A DNA stretch of 35,115 nucleotides from a virus (lineage: Duplodnaviria > Caudoviricetes). Of the stretch, positions 33,225-35,115 are shown piece by piece. Numbering within the stretch: position 1 is the stretch's first letter; every line of letters starts with the position of its first letter. The notes under the pieces are model-generated. The model did no database searches. It was not told where the DNA came from and worked only from the letters and a program-made list of their open reading frames with translations. The stretch lies in IMG/VR virus record IMGVR_UViG_3300029822_000040, positions 1 through 35,115 of that record. One strand, 5' to 3'. The position numbers and the translations under genes are program-made.

Positions 33225-34336
33225 ATCGTCACAGCCCCTAGCTTCGGTGCCTGGTCCTCTGTGACAGGTACGTCGACCGTGCCGCCATTCACAAGTAAGT
33301 CGCTAAAATTAATAACCTCGGGTTGCGCGCCTAGCTGTGCGGCTATCTTGTTGTAACTGACAGGTAGTGGGGCGCCTTGTGGCAGCACCAGCGACTTTAG
33401 GTACAACTTTACCGCTTCGATAAACTTCGCTTTTACAGGCTCTGGGTCGACTTCTGGCACGTATACCACGTTTGCCGTTATGTCGATAGGCAGCGCCTCT
33501 GCAGCAAACACAAAGACCTGGGCACCTGCAGGCGCTTTTCCTTCGCCTATGCCCTGGCTGCCAGGGTCCAGGTGCGCTTGTAAGTCCGCTACGATGTCTG
33601 GCGTCGCTGGCTCGTAATTGTCGTCAACGACTAAAATTTTGACCTTTAGGGCGTCCTGCCAGCGCGATATGACTTTGACTTTCCCCACGCCTGGAATCTC
33701 TGACGACCATCGTACATAGTCGTGTTTATTGCCACCTGTATCGGGAAACGCGAGCTTGTATTCATAACGTGCCAGGGCGCTTTCGTTACTTTCCGTGTCG
33801 CGCGCCGTAATCGTTGTACCTGCATCGGTTATCTGTTTCACGCCTGGAATCGGTGGCACAAAAATAAATTCTGTACCTGCTGGAACATTGGTGATAGCCC
33901 CCGTACTCAAACACTTAATTTCGACTAACTGCGTCCCTGCTGTCGTAAATGTTACGGCGTTCATTACTTCGTATTCTAGTGGGTTCGCCTCGTCATCCAG
34001 CACTACAACCGATGCCAGGTAGCCTTTTGGCACAACGACACCAGGGTCCGCGTCTACCGACAAATTACGCTGGTTGGCAGTCGCTTGCATACGGGTTAAC
34101 CCGATATGATACAGGTGCTCGTCCAGGTCCTCGTCCTCGGCATAGTGTGCGAAGCCCGCTTTTAACGTTTCATCGTTGTTAATCTGCAGTTGCTGTATTT
34201 CGATAGGCGTCGTGTTCACGGTATCGTATACAAAGTCACCAGGCTCTTTACGCCAGTTTTCGGGCAGCCGTTCCAGCATTCTTTCGCGTATGACTTCTTC
34301 TGTTTCTTCGTAACGTTGAATTGTGTTATCAGCCAT
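33221..34336 (-). CDS. Baseplate J-like protein (XkdT/gp47)
   Basis: EPGDFVYD, GGNKHDYVRW, PGVGKVKV, APAGA. Confidence 0.93.
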   Translation of the reverse strand: MADNTIQRYEETEEVIRERMLERLPENWRKEPGDFVYDTVNTTPIEIQQLQINNDETLKAGFAHYAEDEDLDEHLYHIGLTRMQATANQRNLSVDADPGVVVPKGYLASVVVLDDEANPLEYEVMNAVTFTTAGTQLVEIKCLSTGAITNVPAGTEFIFVPPIPGVKQITDAGTTITARDTESNESALARYEYKLAFPDTGGNKHDYVRWSSEIPGVGKVKVISRWQDALKVKILVVDDNYEPATPDIVADLQAHLDPGSQGIGEGKAPAGAQVFVFAAEALPIDITANVVYVPEVDPEPVKAKFIEAVKLYLKSLVLPQGAPLPVSYNKIAAQLGAQPEVINFSDLLVNGGTVDVPVTEDQAPKLGAVTI

Positions 34337-34802
34337 TCAATGTCACCCCCTCAACGCGTGATTCCCCAAATATGTGTAATACCGTAAAGCTCGCGTATAC
34401 TTCGTCGGCGTTTACGTGGTCCCCTTCGGCGGGGACATATGGCTCGTCGCCCGTTAGGTCTTTACGGCGTTTAATGTCGATGTCCTCGACTGCCGTTATC
34501 CACGGGTCATAAATGAGACTTTCGTTTACGGCGCGTTCTAACTCGGATATGCGGGCTTCTTCTGACAGGTCCCCAGCCCTTAATACGTGAAACGCGTCAT
34601 TGCCGTATGTGTGGCTGCGGTCGGGGTTGTCGATGTCCGCATAAATTAAGTACATGCTGCGTACCGTTTGCTGTGCCTTTAACACGATTTGTACAACGGC
34701 TTCGCTGCCTGTTACTGTTTTGACGTTCCCTTGTGGGTCCATTACAAAGTCGCCTGCGTCCCAATCAAATACAGGGGACCTTTTTTCGTTTTCTTCTGCC
34801 AC
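34329..34802 (-). CDS. Baseplate/sheath initiator protein (XkdS/DUF2634, gp25-like)
   Basis: FDWDAGDF, YG, SELERAVNESLIYDPWI; upstream of baseplate J. Confidence 0.85.
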   Translation of the reverse strand: MAEENEKRSPVFDWDAGDFVMDPQGNVKTVTGSEAVVQIVLKAQQTVRSMYLIYADIDNPDRSHTYGNDAFHVLRAGDLSEEARISELERAVNESLIYDPWITAVEDIDIKRRKDLTGDEPYVPAEGDHVNADEVYASFTVLHIFGESRVEGVTLNG

Positions 34803-34805
34803 GTG

Positions 34806-35114
34806 CTAGCCCCCTTCATGAATGTTTAGTACGGCGTATTTAATGGTATCGCCTACGGCGGTCGGGTACAGGCTCACTTTATACCCTGCTGGAAGCGAAG
34901 CCCCTTGCGGCAGTACCAGGTCACTCGCCTCATAAGGGCGCCCGATGCCCTCTACTTGCACCGACGTAGCACTTACTACCGATGCCAGCGTTACGCCCTG
35001 TGTAAGCTTCGATAGGGCACCCCAGCGCATACTATCGTTGCTACCGACCATCTGTTGTACTAGTAGGCGGTCTCCAGGCACTAACGGGTAGCAGCTTACA
35101 GGTATTTCGAATAG
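34806..35114 (-). CDS. Baseplate protein (XkdR/spike-like), 5'-truncated by the window edge
   Basis: Frame stays open to the window end (LFEIPVSCYPLVPGDRLLV); synteny upstream of the XkdS-like gene. Confidence 0.6.
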   Translation of the reverse strand, partial: LFEIPVSCYPLVPGDRLLVQQMVGSNDSMRWGALSKLTQGVTLASVVSATSVQVEGIGRPYEASDLVLPQGASLPAGYKVSLYPTAVGDTIKYAVLNIHEGG

Positions 35115-35115
35115 G

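Noticed and set aside
108-34512. Numerous + strand ORFs in the track (e.g. 2199-2708, 7752-8243, 13276-13848, 23647-24255, 24164-24721)
   Set aside because: Antisense shadows of well-supported - strand genes or promoters; no recognisable motifs and atypical Ser/Cys/Arg-rich composition

Overview
About 35 kb of a tailed phage genome (contractile-tail myovirus, judged from the baseplate J/XkdSTU-like genes) with a Bacillales host; the M15 endolysin is of a type I associate with Lysinibacillus (inference). Almost every real gene is on the - strand. In transcription order (right to left): baseplate and tail-fibre genes; lysis cassette (XhlA-like protein, M15 peptidase-SPOR endolysin, holin); an AT-rich origin-like spacer; small early genes; a recombination operon (SbcC/Rad50 split over several ORFs, SbcD, RecU, SF2 helicase); a divergent ThyX-like gene; a Xis-like HTH regulator; an SSB candidate; an AEP primase-MCM helicase fusion; a family A DNA polymerase; MazG and Nmad1-like genes; and many small hypothetical genes. 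I see no integrase, CI repressor, tRNA or CRISPR. Main observations: (1) a ~110-bp inverted repeat with a 45-bp perfect core brackets the ~27-kb early/replication module; (2) arrays of 10-bp-phased direct repeats cover two sigma-A promoters, one of them the promoter of the Xis-like regulator; (3) SbcC/Rad50 is fragmented at its zinc hook, a separate ORF starts with CxxC, and a degenerate HNH-AP2 gene sits among the fragments; (4) several ORFs are too short for the ORF track, including an MciZ-like 34-aa peptide and the only + strand gene; (5) candidate structured RNAs; (6) apparent absence of GATC, GGCC and CCGG. All calls come from reading motifs by eye; no searches were run.
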